47,749 nucleotides of DNA from Elusimicrobiota bacterium (lineage in GTDB: Bacteria; Elusimicrobiota; Elusimicrobia; UBA1565). The DNA lies in the NCBI GenBank assembly GCA_043819795.1, contig JBDREN010000151.1, positions 1 to 47,749 on the forward strand, written 5' to 3'. Positions 19,101 to 28,675 of the stretch are shown here, one piece after another. Positions within the stretch are counted from its first letter, which is position 1. The number at the start of each line of letters is the position of its first letter. The notes under the pieces are model-generated. The model was not told the origin of the DNA. It did not search any database and saw only the letters and a program-made list of their open reading frames with translations. The position numbers and the translations under genes were made by a program.

Positions 19101-22100
19101 CTCCCCGTAACCGTTGCCGACCGCCAGGTCCAGGTCCCCGTCGTTGTCGTAGTCGCCCCAGGCGATGCAGAACGAGCTCCCCCCCATCCCCGTCAGAGCA
19201 AGGGTCGTAAACGTCCCGTCGCCGTTGTTGCGGGCGACATATTGGTCTTGTCCCCTGTTGGCCACCGCCAAGTCGAGGTCCCCGTCGTTGTCGTAGTCGC
19301 CCCAGGCGACGCTCTCCGAGTCGCCGCCCGTGCCGGTCAGAACCACTTTCGTAAACGCGCCGCCGCCGTCATTGCGCAGGAGATACTCATCCTCTCCGCT
19401 CGTGTTGGCCACCGCCAAATCCAGGTCCCCGTCGTTGTCGTAGTCGCCCCAGGCGATGCCCCGGGAATCCCCCCCTGAGCCCGTAAGGACGTGAACGGAG
19501 AACTGGTTCGGCGCCAATGTGGCGGCGACGACCGTGTCGGTGAAGCCGGTCGGTATAGCGTCGTTGTTCAGCGCGCGGACCTTGTAGGAATAGGTCGTCG
19601 CGGGCGTGAGGCCCGTGTCGGTGAAGGCGGCGGCGGTAGGCGTGGATATCCGGACGAAGCCGGACCCCGTGTCCCGGTAGACCTCGAAAAACGTCCCGCC
19701 GGGGTTCGTATTGGCGGACCACAGCAATCCGATGGTATCGGTGGAAACCGTGGCCGCCGCGAGACTGGTGGGAGCGGCCGCGAGCGTGAACAGGGAGTCG
19801 GAGCCCGAGTTCGCCGTATTGGAGCCCCGGAACACTTGGACGAATAGGGGCCCCGCCAGCGTATTGGTCGAAAGCCCCGTCTGCGTCCAGGAGGTGGTGT
19901 CGGCCGGAAGATCGCCCGAGATGTTCGCCGCGCCGTACATCACGCGGAAGCCGTCCTCGTCGCTGGAGTTGTCGGTCCAAGACCAGCGGACTGCAGTCTG
20001 CCCCAATACCGTCGCCGCGAAGCCGGAGGGTGTGGCGGGATGCGTGGGCGCGAAGATGCCCTGCTCGGCCGACTCGGCGCTGCGACGAAACTCGCCGTCC
20101 TCCGTCACGACGGCCCAATAATACGTCGCGTCGCGCGGAAGCGAGAGCTTCAGGCCCCTCTGCGAGTTTGAGAACCGGCCGCTGTAGAGGAACCCTCCGG
20201 ACAGGCCGTCGGGGCTGTAGCGCGCGGGGACTTTTAGGATCTCGCCGCCGCCGGGGGTGGTGCCCACCCGTACGAAGTAGTTGAGCGCGGCGGCCGGGGT
20301 CTCAGAGTCGGCGCCTGCCGCCCACTGGAGGGTCAAAATCCCGGAAGCGGAGCCCGGGGAATGCTCCTGGAACGAAGAACTGAAACCCGCGCTGGGCGCC
20401 GTGGGGCTGGAATGCGTTCCAGCGATATCGTTGCGGGCGATGTATTGGTCCGCTCCTCCCTGGCCGGCCACCGCCAAGTCGAGGTCCCCGTCGCCGTCGT
20501 AGTCCCCCCAGGCGATCCCGTAGGAGTCGCCGCCCGTCCCCGGCAAGCCGATCGCCGTGAACGTGCCGTCGCCGTTGTTGCGAAGGACATAATCGGCCTG
20601 CGGACTACGATTGGATACGGCCAGGTCCAGGTCGCCGTCATTGTCGTAGTCGCCCCAGGCGATTCCACGCGAATCTCCGCCTGTGCCGGTGAGCTCGATC
20701 TTCGTGAACGTCCCGTTGCCGTTATTGCGGGCGATGTATTCGTCCTCACCGGACTGGTTCGCGACTGCCAGGTCCAGGTCCCCGTCGTTGTCGTAGTCGC
20801 CCCAGGCCAACCCGACGGAGTCCCCCCCCGTCCCGGCCAACGTGCCCGTCGAGAACGATCCGTCGCCGTTGTTGCGCACGAGGGCTTCGTCCTCGGAGCC
20901 GAGATTGGCCACGGCCAGGTCCAGGTATCCGTCATTGTTATAGTCGCCCCAGGCGATGCCCGCGGAATCCCCTCCGGTTCCGGAGAACGTGACGGTCGAG
21001 AACGAGCCGTCGCTGTTGACCCGGGCGATGTATTCGTTCTCGCCGTTCCGATTGGAGATGGCCAGGTCCAGGTCCCCGTCGTTGTCGAAATCGCCCCAGG
21101 CTACGGCTTGAGAGGCTCCGCCCGAACCGGCCAACACGATCTTCGTGAAGACGCCGCCCCCGTCGTTGCGCGCGATGTACTCGTCCTGCGACCCGGATGA
21201 GTTGGCCACCGCGAAATCAAGGTCGCCGTCGTTGTCGTAATCGCCCCAGGCGATCCCGTAGGAGTCTCCGCCGGTCGTCGCCAGCGTGCTTTTCGTGAAC
21301 GTCCCCCCTCCGTCGTTCCGCAGGAGGAATTCATCCTCAGCGCCGGCGTTGGCCACCGCCAGGTCCAGGTCCCCGTCGTTGTCATAGTCGCACCAAGCCA
21401 GGCCCGACGAGTCACCGCCTGTGCCGGCTAAAGTCTGAATGGTGAACGGGGGCGCGGCCCCTGTCGTCGTTGAGACCGTGGCGCTGAAAGCGGTCGCTAT
21501 GGACTCTCCATTGAACGCCCGCACCTTGTAGGTGTAGGTGCTGAACGTGGCAAGCTCGGCGTGCATGAAGCTCGTCAAAGTGCCGGAGCCCACCGCCACG
21601 AAGCCCGCCCCGCTGTCCCGATGGACCTCGTAGAGCGTGCCGGCGGGATTGCCGTCGGCGGACCAGCCCAGCTGTATGGTCGTGAAGTAGACATCCGTGA
21701 CGGCGAGGCCGGAAGGCGGGGCGGCGAGCGTATGGGCGGAAGCCGTGCCGGAGGCGGTGGTTCCCCCGATGTTGACGGCCAGAACGTAATATGGCCCGAC
21801 CTGCGTGTTCGTCGAGACGCCGGTCTGGACCCAATACGTCGTGTCGGCCGCCAGTTCGCCGGAAAGGTTCGTTCCGCCCGACATCACACGGAAACCGGCC
21901 TCATCGGCGGAGTTGTCCGTCCACGACCAGAGGATCGAGGTCGGGCTCAGGGCGGTTCCCGAAAAATCGGAGGGCGCGTACGAAGGCGGCGGCGGCACCA
22001 GCAGGCTCTGCTCGGCCGATTCCGAGCTGCGCAGGAGCTCGCTATCTTCGGTGACCACGGCCCAATAATAGGTCGCCCCGCGCTGCATTGACAGCCTCAG

Positions 22101-23519
22101 GCCACGCTGAGTGCTCGACACGCGCACGCTATACAAGGAAGACCCGCCGCCCGAGAAACCGTCTAGGCTGTAGCGGGCGGGGACCGGCAGGATTTGACTC
22201 CCCCCGGGGACTGTACCCACGCGAACGAAATAATTAAGCAGCCTCCCCGGAGTCTCGGCGTCGGAGCCCGGGGTCCATTGCAGAGAAAGGACGCCGGAGG
22301 TGGAATATAGGGAGTACTCCCGGAAAGAGGCTGCGAACCCCCAGGTGGGCGCGCTGGGGCTATTGTGCGTCGCAGCCAAGTTGTTGCGCACGATGAGCTC
22401 ATCCTCGGCGTCCGCGTTCGCCACGGCCAGGTCCAGGTCGCCGTCCCCATCGTAGTCGCCCCAACTGATGCCGCGGGAATTCCCCCCTGTTCCGGTCAAC
22501 GTATTTATTGAGAATGCTCCACTCCCCTGGTTGCGCGCGATGTATTCGTCCTGGCCGTTGGCGCCGGCCGCCGCGAAGTCGAAGTCGCCGTCGTTGTCGT
22601 AATCGCCCCAGGCCACGCTTTGGGAGGCTCCCCCCGTCCCCGCCACCGTGACCTTTGAGAAGGTTCCGTCGCCGTTGTTGCGCGCGACATAGTCTTCCCG
22701 GTCGCTGTTGGCCACAACGAGGTCGAGATAACCGTCGCCGTCGTAATCTCCCCAGGCGATCGATTCAGAGCTGCCGCCGGTCCCCGTCAAGGTAAAGATC
22801 GAGAACGCGCCATCCCCCTCGTTGCGGGCGACGTATTCATCCTGGCCGGCGACGTTCGATACCGCCAAATCAAGGTCTCCGTCGTTGTCGTAGTCGCCCC
22901 AGGCGATACCCGTGGAGTCCCCGCCCGTGCCCGTCAGGGCCAACTTCGTAAACGTTCCGTCGCCGTTGTTGCGCGCTATGTATTCGTCCTCCCCGCCGGT
23001 GTTGGCCACCGCCAGGTCCAGGTCCCCGTCGTTGTCGTAATCTCCCCAGGCGACGCCGGTCGAGTTTGCCCCCATGCCTGTCAAGGCGATTTTCGTGAAC
23101 GTCCCGTCGCCGTTGTTGCGGGCGATGTATTCGTCCTCCCCGGCGGCGTTGGCCACCGCTAAATCCAGGTCGCCGTCGTTGTCGTAGTCTCCCCACGCGA
23201 TTCCTTGGGAACTGCCGCCTGTGCCGGTCAACGTGACTATGGTGAAGGAACCGTCGCCGTTGTTGCGCGCGATCAATTCGTCTTGCCCGCTTGCGCCATC
23301 GTTGGCGATCGCCAGATCCAAATCCCCGTCGTTGTCGTAGTCGCCCCAGGCGACGCCCAGGGAGTCTCCGCCTGTGCCGGTTACAGTGCTGGTAGAAAAC
23401 TGCCCACAAGTAAGCGCCGGGAAGGAGATGGACAAGAACAAGACGAACAACAGACGGAGCCACAGGAAGCTGCGGATGGCGGGAAGTCCGTCTCGGGGCC
23501 GCGGAGGCCGTTGCCTCAT
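16134..23519 (-). CDS. 2,461-aa secreted FG-GAP/VCBS repeat protein: three 7-bladed propellers, FN3/Ig domains and a T9SS-type C-terminal domain
   Basis: 21 WGDYDNDGDLDL-type repeats in three blocks of seven; FN3 motifs; C-terminus VYPNPF...VKIYTITGQLV...WD...VASGGY...KKILIIR. Confidence 0.9.
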   Translation of the reverse strand: MRQRPPRPRDGLPAIRSFLWLRLLFVLFLSISFPALTCGQFSTSTVTGTGGDSLGVAWGDYDNDGDLDLAIANDGASGQDELIARNNGDGSFTIVTLTGTGGSSQGIAWGDYDNDGDLDLAVANAAGEDEYIARNNGDGTFTKIALTGMGANSTGVAWGDYDNDGDLDLAVANTGGEDEYIARNNGDGTFTKLALTGTGGDSTGIAWGDYDNDGDLDLAVSNVAGQDEYVARNEGDGAFSIFTLTGTGGSSESIAWGDYDGDGYLDLVVANSDREDYVARNNGDGTFSKVTVAGTGGASQSVAWGDYDNDGDFDFAAAGANGQDEYIARNQGSGAFSINTLTGTGGNSRGISWGDYDGDGDLDLAVANADAEDELIVRNNLAATHNSPSAPTWGFAASFREYSLYSTSGVLSLQWTPGSDAETPGRLLNYFVRVGTVPGGSQILPVPARYSLDGFSGGGSSLYSVRVSSTQRGLRLSMQRGATYYWAVVTEDSELLRSSESAEQSLLVPPPPSYAPSDFSGTALSPTSILWSWTDNSADEAGFRVMSGGTNLSGELAADTTYWVQTGVSTNTQVGPYYVLAVNIGGTTASGTASAHTLAAPPSGLAVTDVYFTTIQLGWSADGNPAGTLYEVHRDSGAGFVAVGSGTLTSFMHAELATFSTYTYKVRAFNGESIATAFSATVSTTTGAAPPFTIQTLAGTGGDSSGLAWCDYDNDGDLDLAVANAGAEDEFLLRNDGGGTFTKSTLATTGGDSYGIAWGDYDNDGDLDFAVANSSGSQDEYIARNDGGGVFTKIVLAGSGGASQAVAWGDFDNDGDLDLAISNRNGENEYIARVNSDGSFSTVTFSGTGGDSAGIAWGDYNNDGYLDLAVANLGSEDEALVRNNGDGSFSTGTLAGTGGDSVGLAWGDYDNDGDLDLAVANQSGEDEYIARNNGNGTFTKIELTGTGGDSRGIAWGDYDNDGDLDLAVSNRSPQADYVLRNNGDGTFTAIGLPGTGGDSYGIAWGDYDGDGDLDLAVAGQGGADQYIARNDIAGTHSSPTAPSAGFSSSFQEHSPGSASGILTLQWAAGADSETPAAALNYFVRVGTTPGGGEILKVPARYSPDGLSGGFLYSGRFSNSQRGLKLSLPRDATYYWAVVTEDGEFRRSAESAEQGIFAPTHPATPSGFAATVLGQTAVRWSWTDNSSDEDGFRVMYGAANISGDLPADTTSWTQTGLSTNTLAGPLFVQVFRGSNTANSGSDSLFTLAAAPTSLAAATVSTDTIGLLWSANTNPGGTFFEVYRDTGSGFVRISTPTAAAFTDTGLTPATTYSYKVRALNNDAIPTGFTDTVVAATLAPNQFSVHVLTGSGGDSRGIAWGDYDNDGDLDLAVANTSGEDEYLLRNDGGGAFTKVVLTGTGGDSESVAWGDYDNDGDLDLAVANRGQDQYVARNNGDGTFTTLALTGMGGSSFCIAWGDYDNDGDLDLAVGNGYGEYESLARNNGDGTFSTFTLPGVNGTAQGVAWGDYDNDGDLDLGFAGPGDDYLARNDGNGTFAGFSLAGTGGPSYGFAWGDYDNDGDLDFAAANSYGGQYLARNDGGGAFTKVALPGADSASHGLAWGDYDNDGDLDLAFANFVGQHETVAINNNGAFSQFAIADSTGDTHGVSWGDYDNDGDLDLAFSNQLGQDVVIAQNLLLSAHSDPGAPNSGFGLSFEQYAGSTSSGVLSLRWDAGSDAQTPAAALNYFVRLGTSPGGGGILKIPPRYGLDGASGGGSSLYSVRLSASQRGLKLAAQNGATYYWAVVAEDGELLRSAESAEQSLYVPPAPAAPSGFAGAALGEASIRWSWTDNSNDEQGFRVMSGTASLSGDLPADTASWTQTGVSTNTQSGPLFVRAFNGPSSADSATAAAYTHANPPTGTAASDVQTTSATITWGLNSNPAGTTAEVQRSTDNAAFGNVFAGVATAFTDPGLGMCTTYYFRVRNINGDAVATAYDSAVQFETKSSTPLAPSNLEAVSLAGNRIALSWTPSPSEGITAYRLYYDTGTGTVDYSAPLAVLTSTETSYTTAVLPSSAAYRFALRTHNRCGVEDPNTHLLASAASLSTLQGVRAAIRSPAAGSKVTGDRVSVAAEVILGDAAQIKRIRFQYRASNASAWTDIVPASAENPNPDRTAPYYVHWDVTGLSAANHDIRAVAADIQNNADATPPTVSIAVDTIDFDINESVVAGKLQKAQKINSAVTNTVQAADDDSAQITKVTIPSGAVNTSTVTVTVVNKPASVPPAPADMEAANVVTEVTLSNGQTSLSGGKTATIVLTYPDVNDDGIVDGTVIRVSDLDMYSAATIAGPWVKDLSSSVDAAGKTVTGLTSHFSFFALFGPAAAADLMTVRVYPNPFMPNSGSSDDGVPYSSADPNSGIIFDNLPASVNVKIYTITGQLVDRFGADNPSGKLQWDVKNTTGQHVASGGYFAVIESPGHAAVVKKILIIR

Positions 23520-23655
23520 GGCGTTGGTTCCGGCGTCTGCGGATTCAACGAGAAGAAAGTTGGAATCGTCTCGAAGTTAGTAAAACTCCGACACTGGTCG
23601 ATTGCCAGCAGCGCAGATTGTCGGCTGGCCTGGAGGCTCAAATGGGGTAACGTCC

Positions 23656-25704
23656 TCATTCGAGCACCGCCAAGGATTCCCCCTTCCAGGGGTCTCCCAC
23701 GTCCACGGCTGGAAGCAACTTGGGCTCCTGCTCCCGGTGGCTTTCCCTGGCCCGTACCACCACCTTGGGCCACGCGTAGCTGTAGAGCTCGATGAGCGAG
23801 ATGCGCTTGTCCTGGTCGGCGTCCGCCTCCCCTTGGAGGCCCCTCAGCAGATAATAGGTCATGAGGCCGTGCTGCTTTTCCTCAAAGGTGCCGCTCATCT
23901 GGGTCCCGGACGCCGCTGAAAGAACGGCTATCTTACCCGAAGCCAACACCGGGTCTTCGATGACCGGTACGATCGGGCGGGTCCCTTTCGCGAGCACCGT
24001 CCTGGGTCCCCCGACGCCCGAGAAACAGGCGTCCAGGATGACCAACCCGCGCTTCATGGGGAGCTCTCCCAGAGCCTCATACAGCTTGCTCAACGAATAG
24101 CCCCCCTGCTGGATGGTCGCCGGGGACGCGTCATAAGGCACCAGATATCCGTGGCCGGTGGTCGGCTCGGGCGTGCCGTGGCCCGAGTAGTACACGAATA
24201 CCTCCGATCCTGCCGTCACCTTCTCCTTGAGCCAGGCTTCCAGGTATGCCTTGAAGTCGCCCAGCGCGGCGCGATCGTCCACCCGCAGCACGATGTTTTC
24301 GGGAGGGATTCCCAACGCGCGCTCAAAATACTCCCTGACCCTCCGGGCATCCCGGGCCGCGTAATCCGCGTGGATTATGTCTCGATAGCGTTCTATCCCG
24401 ATGACCACACCAAAAGCGCTCTTTCGGGACGTACGGTAGTTGGGAAGCTCCTTGAGCTCAGCGCCGCCCAACGGCCTCCCATCCGCGCCCGGCTTGCCTG
24501 AAGGCTTGCCGGATTCCCGCATCTCTTTGCTCAGGCCAGCCATGAGGGCGCCCTCCGCCAGCTCTCGAGCCTTCTTGTCCTTCGGATCGAGGTGGAGCGC
24601 CATGTTGCCATAGGTATGGGCGCGTTCGTGTTGTCCGGCGGCCAGGGCTCGCTGCCCCTCTTTCATGTACTCGGCGAATTTCCGCGTCCCTTCTCGACGT
24701 TCAGCGCGCCGCTGCTTGAAGCCGTCGATCCGCCCGCCTATCTTCGCGTATAGCTCATCTCTCCAAACGGCTCTGGCCAGCATCTTCTCCTTCGCCGGGG
24801 CTCCCCACGCCGCTCTCAGAGTCACCCGATGGCTAAGCCCCAGGACCGAATGTTGGGTCATCGCATAGTCTATACCGGTGGACTTATACTGCCAGCTGGC
24901 GCCGAACGTGGGGCCGATCCCGTCATAGCCGGTGCGGAACGCCGCGTTGCTCAGGAATGAATACTCCATTCCGAAGCGGTAGTCGGTCACACCCGCGCGG
25001 GTGACGATGTCGAGGCTCGCGAGAAGCGGCTCAAAGACGGCGACCGCGCCCCCCACATGCAGCGCCCGAGGGAGCTTGTCCACTCCCCCATCCCGGGCGA
25101 GCTCGGCCCCAAGGATGTTCTGGACCTGCAGGCCGGCCCGATATCTGCCGCGCCTGCCGGAAAATCCCACGTCGGTGTCGAAGCCGGAAGACGAGAAATC
25201 GGCCAACTCCCGTCTAATGACCTTGTGGGTGAATCCGAAAGAGAACGCCCGCAAAGGCTGAACGCCCCAGCCGAACAAAAGAGCCCTGCGCGTGTCCGTG
25301 AAACTCCCGATTTCGTTGTTGGAAGCGTCTCGTTGCACGAGTCCGCTGTTATCGAAAGACACGAGAGACAGACCGACGCCGATCGGCCTCTTGAAGGCAT
25401 GGGCGAAGGAGAGCTCGTCGAGCGTCGCACCCTCGAAGAGGGACATTCGGGTGAAGGAGGCTCCGTTCCGGTAAGGGAGCCCGATTCCTCCGGGATTCCA
25501 TATAAGGGCTTCCGGCCCCTCAGCGATCGCGCCAAAGGCACGGCCCATCCCCAGAGCCCGGGCGCCGGAGCCGAATTCGAGGAAGCTCCCCGGGATGCCT
25601 CCATCAAATCTACTGGCCCAGACCGAGGCGGGCGCAAGCAGGGCACACAGGGTGCCCGCCACCCACCCCCAGTAACACAGCCTTCTACAAATCTTGGCAA
25701 GCAT
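23656..25704 (-). CDS. Fusion protein: PorV-like beta-barrel, helical/TPR linker, caspase-family (peptidase C14) domain
   Basis: FL..GSGARALGMG.AF.AIA....LIWNPGG barrel start, ending HRVTLRAAWG (aa ~300); C14 motifs GVVIGIERY, A.RDA, YYSGHG (H509), ILDACFSG (C560), HGLMTYYLLRGL.GEAD. Confidence 0.88.
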   Translation of the reverse strand: MLAKICRRLCYWGWVAGTLCALLAPASVWASRFDGGIPGSFLEFGSGARALGMGRAFGAIAEGPEALIWNPGGIGLPYRNGASFTRMSLFEGATLDELSFAHAFKRPIGVGLSLVSFDNSGLVQRDASNNEIGSFTDTRRALLFGWGVQPLRAFSFGFTHKVIRRELADFSSSGFDTDVGFSGRRGRYRAGLQVQNILGAELARDGGVDKLPRALHVGGAVAVFEPLLASLDIVTRAGVTDYRFGMEYSFLSNAAFRTGYDGIGPTFGASWQYKSTGIDYAMTQHSVLGLSHRVTLRAAWGAPAKEKMLARAVWRDELYAKIGGRIDGFKQRRAERREGTRKFAEYMKEGQRALAAGQHERAHTYGNMALHLDPKDKKARELAEGALMAGLSKEMRESGKPSGKPGADGRPLGGAELKELPNYRTSRKSAFGVVIGIERYRDIIHADYAARDARRVREYFERALGIPPENIVLRVDDRAALGDFKAYLEAWLKEKVTAGSEVFVYYSGHGTPEPTTGHGYLVPYDASPATIQQGGYSLSKLYEALGELPMKRGLVILDACFSGVGGPRTVLAKGTRPIVPVIEDPVLASGKIAVLSAASGTQMSGTFEEKQHGLMTYYLLRGLQGEADADQDKRISLIELYSYAWPKVVVRARESHREQEPKLLPAVDVGDPWKGESLAVLE

Positions 25705-25722
25705 GAAAGCCGCCTCTCACGC

Positions 25723-28134
25723 CTATTTCACGCCGATCTTCACGATCTCCCTCTTGCCGCCGGCATCCACCACGCAGATGTAGCCTCCCATCTCCACATG
25801 CCGCCCGTCGCCCGACCTACCGTCCCAAAACACCTCATTGGGACCGATTCGCCCCCCGTTCGATCCCGCGCTGTAGCGGGTGTCCCGAGCAAGCCGGCCG
25901 AACGGATCGTAGATGCGGATCCTTACGTCCCGGTTCTGGTCCAGGGAGTAGCGGATTCGGGTCTGTTGCCCCCGCAGCGGCGAAAACGGGTTGGGGTAGT
26001 TCGTAAGACTCTCGAGAGCGCTCGCGGCCGGGGAAAAAGCCATTATCCCGAAGAGCGTGAAATGGTCTACACGGCCCGTGACCTTCCTGGTCACCGTATT
26101 CACACTGGAGTTCGGTATCAGCACCCAATAGCCCCGCGACTCGTCGTAGTAGAACAGCCGCAGGCTCGCTTCATCCATCCCCGCCACGTCGACGGCCGTG
26201 TAGGTGAGGGTGATCGTGATGTCCTTCTGGAATCGCGTGGTGCCGTTCACCATCTGGATATCCTTGATGACAGAGGTGGCCGTTACCCCGGATCCCTTTG
26301 AAGAAGGCGGTGATCCGACGGGTGGTTGGATGTTGATCAAGGTCGCGGCGGACAGCGCGCCTGCCGGTATCTCCACCTTCACGCCGTCGGCTGTCTCGAG
26401 AACGGAGTCGCCTGCGGGGTCCACCGTGGCATCGACAATGAACTTGTAGTGGATCGCCTGCGTGCCGACGTTGCCTGCGCCGTCTTTGGCGACGGCGTGG
26501 AAGTACCAGGTGCCGTTCGTTAGGAGCGATCTCGCCTGGATCGGATTCGGGCTGAAGTCGTCCGAGGCTGCCGGCACGCCTCCCGGGTTCCTGTCGATCA
26601 TCCAGTGATACCCTGCTATGCCGGACGGATCATTCGGCCCTGAGAGGTTGAATGCCGGGTTTATTGCAGGGTAGGCGACGTTCTGATTCGGATGGGACGG
26701 CGAGGTCGCGGCCGTCGGAATGTCGGGAGCGGTCCGGTCGACCAAGGTCCCGGCGCTCCAGCCGGAGTATCCGGTATAATCCCCATCCAGATTCCTCGCT
26801 CGGACCCGCGCGTAGTATATCTTGTCCCCCTGAGCGCCCGATATCGTTTGGCTGAGCACATCTCCAACATCCCCGTCGAAAATGCTGGCGTCATTGGAAT
26901 CCGAGTCGGTCCCTATCTGAATATAGTAGCCGGAGATCCCGCTCTCGGGGTCCGAGGCGCTCCCCTGCCCCCAAGCAAAAGTCATCGTCCCGGAAATTGA
27001 GAAGGCATCGCCAACAGGAACGGAGGGGATCCCAAGAGGTCCGGTCGTGTCGGGAACCCACATGCCGAACCGGAGACCCGCGTCAGTCGTCCCGTAGATG
27101 ATCAGCGTATTCCCGGTTGGATCGAACCCTAGGGCGGGAATGTACCAAAGCGATGTCCGCAAATCCTCGACGCTAGACGAGATCCAACTCCGACCGTTCC
27201 ACTTCGCGTACATTGGGCTGGCATGGGGATGAGCTTCCGCAATGAAGCTGATCTCCGGATTATCGGCGGAGTCGAGCACGATAGACGGCTGATGAGGCTG
27301 GCCCAGCGAGACCGTCTGCGTGGACCACGCGACTCCCGTCCAGCGAGCGTACTTCACGGATCGGGGATCATCCCAACCATAGGCGATATGCGGGATCCCC
27401 GCGGAATCGACCGCGATAGAGACTTCTCTAGTGAGTGTCGCTTCTACGGTTTGGGTCGACCAAGAGACCCCGTTCCATTCGCCATAACCCAAAGAAGCGC
27501 CATAATGATCGTTGTACGCGATGTGAGGCTTTCCGGCCGGGTCAAGAGCCAAAGAGCTATAGAGCCCGAACCCCCATACCTCGGCGATCGTCATTGTCGA
27601 CCAGGAGACACCCGTCCATACTGCGTATTTAAGATCGCGGCAGTCGTTACCGCAGTAGCTGATATGCGGATTCCCAGAATCATCGACGGCGATCGAGGCC
27701 ATCGCGTCCGGAAAAGTCGTGATGGCCCCAGCCGGGTCGACAAGCTGAATGTCCCAAAGGAGTCCTTGAAATCTCGCGTACATCAGTCCCTGATCTTGGT
27801 GATAAGCTATATGCACGCCACCAAAGTCGTCCACGTCGATAGACGGCTTCCACCGGTTCCCCGTCGAGCTGGCGGCCGAATCAACGAACTGGGATGTCCA
27901 GCCCGAGCCGGTTCTCTTGATGTGTCGCAGCGTATCGGGGTCCCAGTCGAGACAGGCGAGGTGGACATCGCCCGCGGAATCCACGACCATGTTCGAGCAA
28001 GTCATCCCCCCCGTGGGGAACGATTCAAAAGACCATAAAGCTTCCGCCCGATGGACGAAAAGCGTCCCCGCGCCCAGGAGGGCCAATGCCAGACCCCCAA
28101 CGAAACATCTCATCGGTCTCTCGGCTCCTTTCAT
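25723..28134 (-). CDS. Secreted protein with propeller-like repeats, FN3 domains, a ZU5-like region and a T9SS/FlgD-Ig-type C-terminal domain
   Basis: Repeated SIAVD..G.PHIAY...LKYA.W.G..W; C-terminus NYPNPF...IRIYD..G.L...WDGR...GGY...KIGVK. Confidence 0.82.
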   Translation of the reverse strand: MKGAERPMRCFVGGLALALLGAGTLFVHRAEALWSFESFPTGGMTCSNMVVDSAGDVHLACLDWDPDTLRHIKRTGSGWTSQFVDSAASSTGNRWKPSIDVDDFGGVHIAYHQDQGLMYARFQGLLWDIQLVDPAGAITTFPDAMASIAVDDSGNPHISYCGNDCRDLKYAVWTGVSWSTMTIAEVWGFGLYSSLALDPAGKPHIAYNDHYGASLGYGEWNGVSWSTQTVEATLTREVSIAVDSAGIPHIAYGWDDPRSVKYARWTGVAWSTQTVSLGQPHQPSIVLDSADNPEISFIAEAHPHASPMYAKWNGRSWISSSVEDLRTSLWYIPALGFDPTGNTLIIYGTTDAGLRFGMWVPDTTGPLGIPSVPVGDAFSISGTMTFAWGQGSASDPESGISGYYIQIGTDSDSNDASIFDGDVGDVLSQTISGAQGDKIYYARVRARNLDGDYTGYSGWSAGTLVDRTAPDIPTAATSPSHPNQNVAYPAINPAFNLSGPNDPSGIAGYHWMIDRNPGGVPAASDDFSPNPIQARSLLTNGTWYFHAVAKDGAGNVGTQAIHYKFIVDATVDPAGDSVLETADGVKVEIPAGALSAATLINIQPPVGSPPSSKGSGVTATSVIKDIQMVNGTTRFQKDITITLTYTAVDVAGMDEASLRLFYYDESRGYWVLIPNSSVNTVTRKVTGRVDHFTLFGIMAFSPAASALESLTNYPNPFSPLRGQQTRIRYSLDQNRDVRIRIYDPFGRLARDTRYSAGSNGGRIGPNEVFWDGRSGDGRHVEMGGYICVVDAGGKREIVKIGVK

Positions 28135-28168
28135 ACGACGCGGACGCGGTCAGCGGCTCCGAAGCGTC

Positions 28169-28675
28169 CTACGGCTTCTTGCCCGCGGCCTGCTCGATCT
28201 CCTCCTTGCGGAGCTCGTCGAAGAGCTCCTCGGAGCGCTTATTGAGGAACTTCTTCGTCCTCTCGGTGAGCTGCGGCGCGTTCTGCATCACCCTCCTGAA
28301 CTCGTCGAGATCCAGCTTGGCCAAAGAATGGATCGTTTCGCCCTTCTCGTATCTGTCCACGATGCGGACGCCCGAGATGTGTCCTGCGCTGAAGGTCTTG
28401 ATCACGCGGTCCACCATCTCGCCTTCCGTGCCGTCGTACTCCTTCATTAGGTAGCCGGTGTAGGTGTCGAAATACCTCTGAAGGTCGGCGCGGGCCCGGT
28501 TGTCGGCGGCCTCCATGCGCAGGTTCCTGCTGCGTATGCCCTCATCCGCTTGCCCGACGCCGTAGAACACCTTGTCGCTCGGCTTGAACGCGGCCGAGCC
28601 CTTCTTCGCCCACTTGGGGGTGCCGGCGCACCCCGAAATCGCGGCTATGATAGCCAAAATGGCGATTCGTTTCAT
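28169..28675 (-). CDS. LPP20-like lipoprotein
   Basis: MKRIAILAIIAAISG-C lipobox, P.W, FYGVG, AADNRARADL; SD GGGAGG. Confidence 0.75.
   Translation of the reverse strand: MKRIAILAIIAAISGCAGTPKWAKKGSAAFKPSDKVFYGVGQADEGIRSRNLRMEAADNRARADLQRYFDTYTGYLMKEYDGTEGEMVDRVIKTFSAGHISGVRIVDRYEKGETIHSLAKLDLDEFRRVMQNAPQLTERTKKFLNKRSEELFDELRKEEIEQAAGKKP

Noticed and set aside
16134..23519. Regularly spaced DNA repeats (gtcgttgtcgtagtcgccccaggc) resembling a CRISPR array
   Set aside because: They are in-frame FG-GAP coding repeats; the spacers are homologous to each other and there are no cas genes
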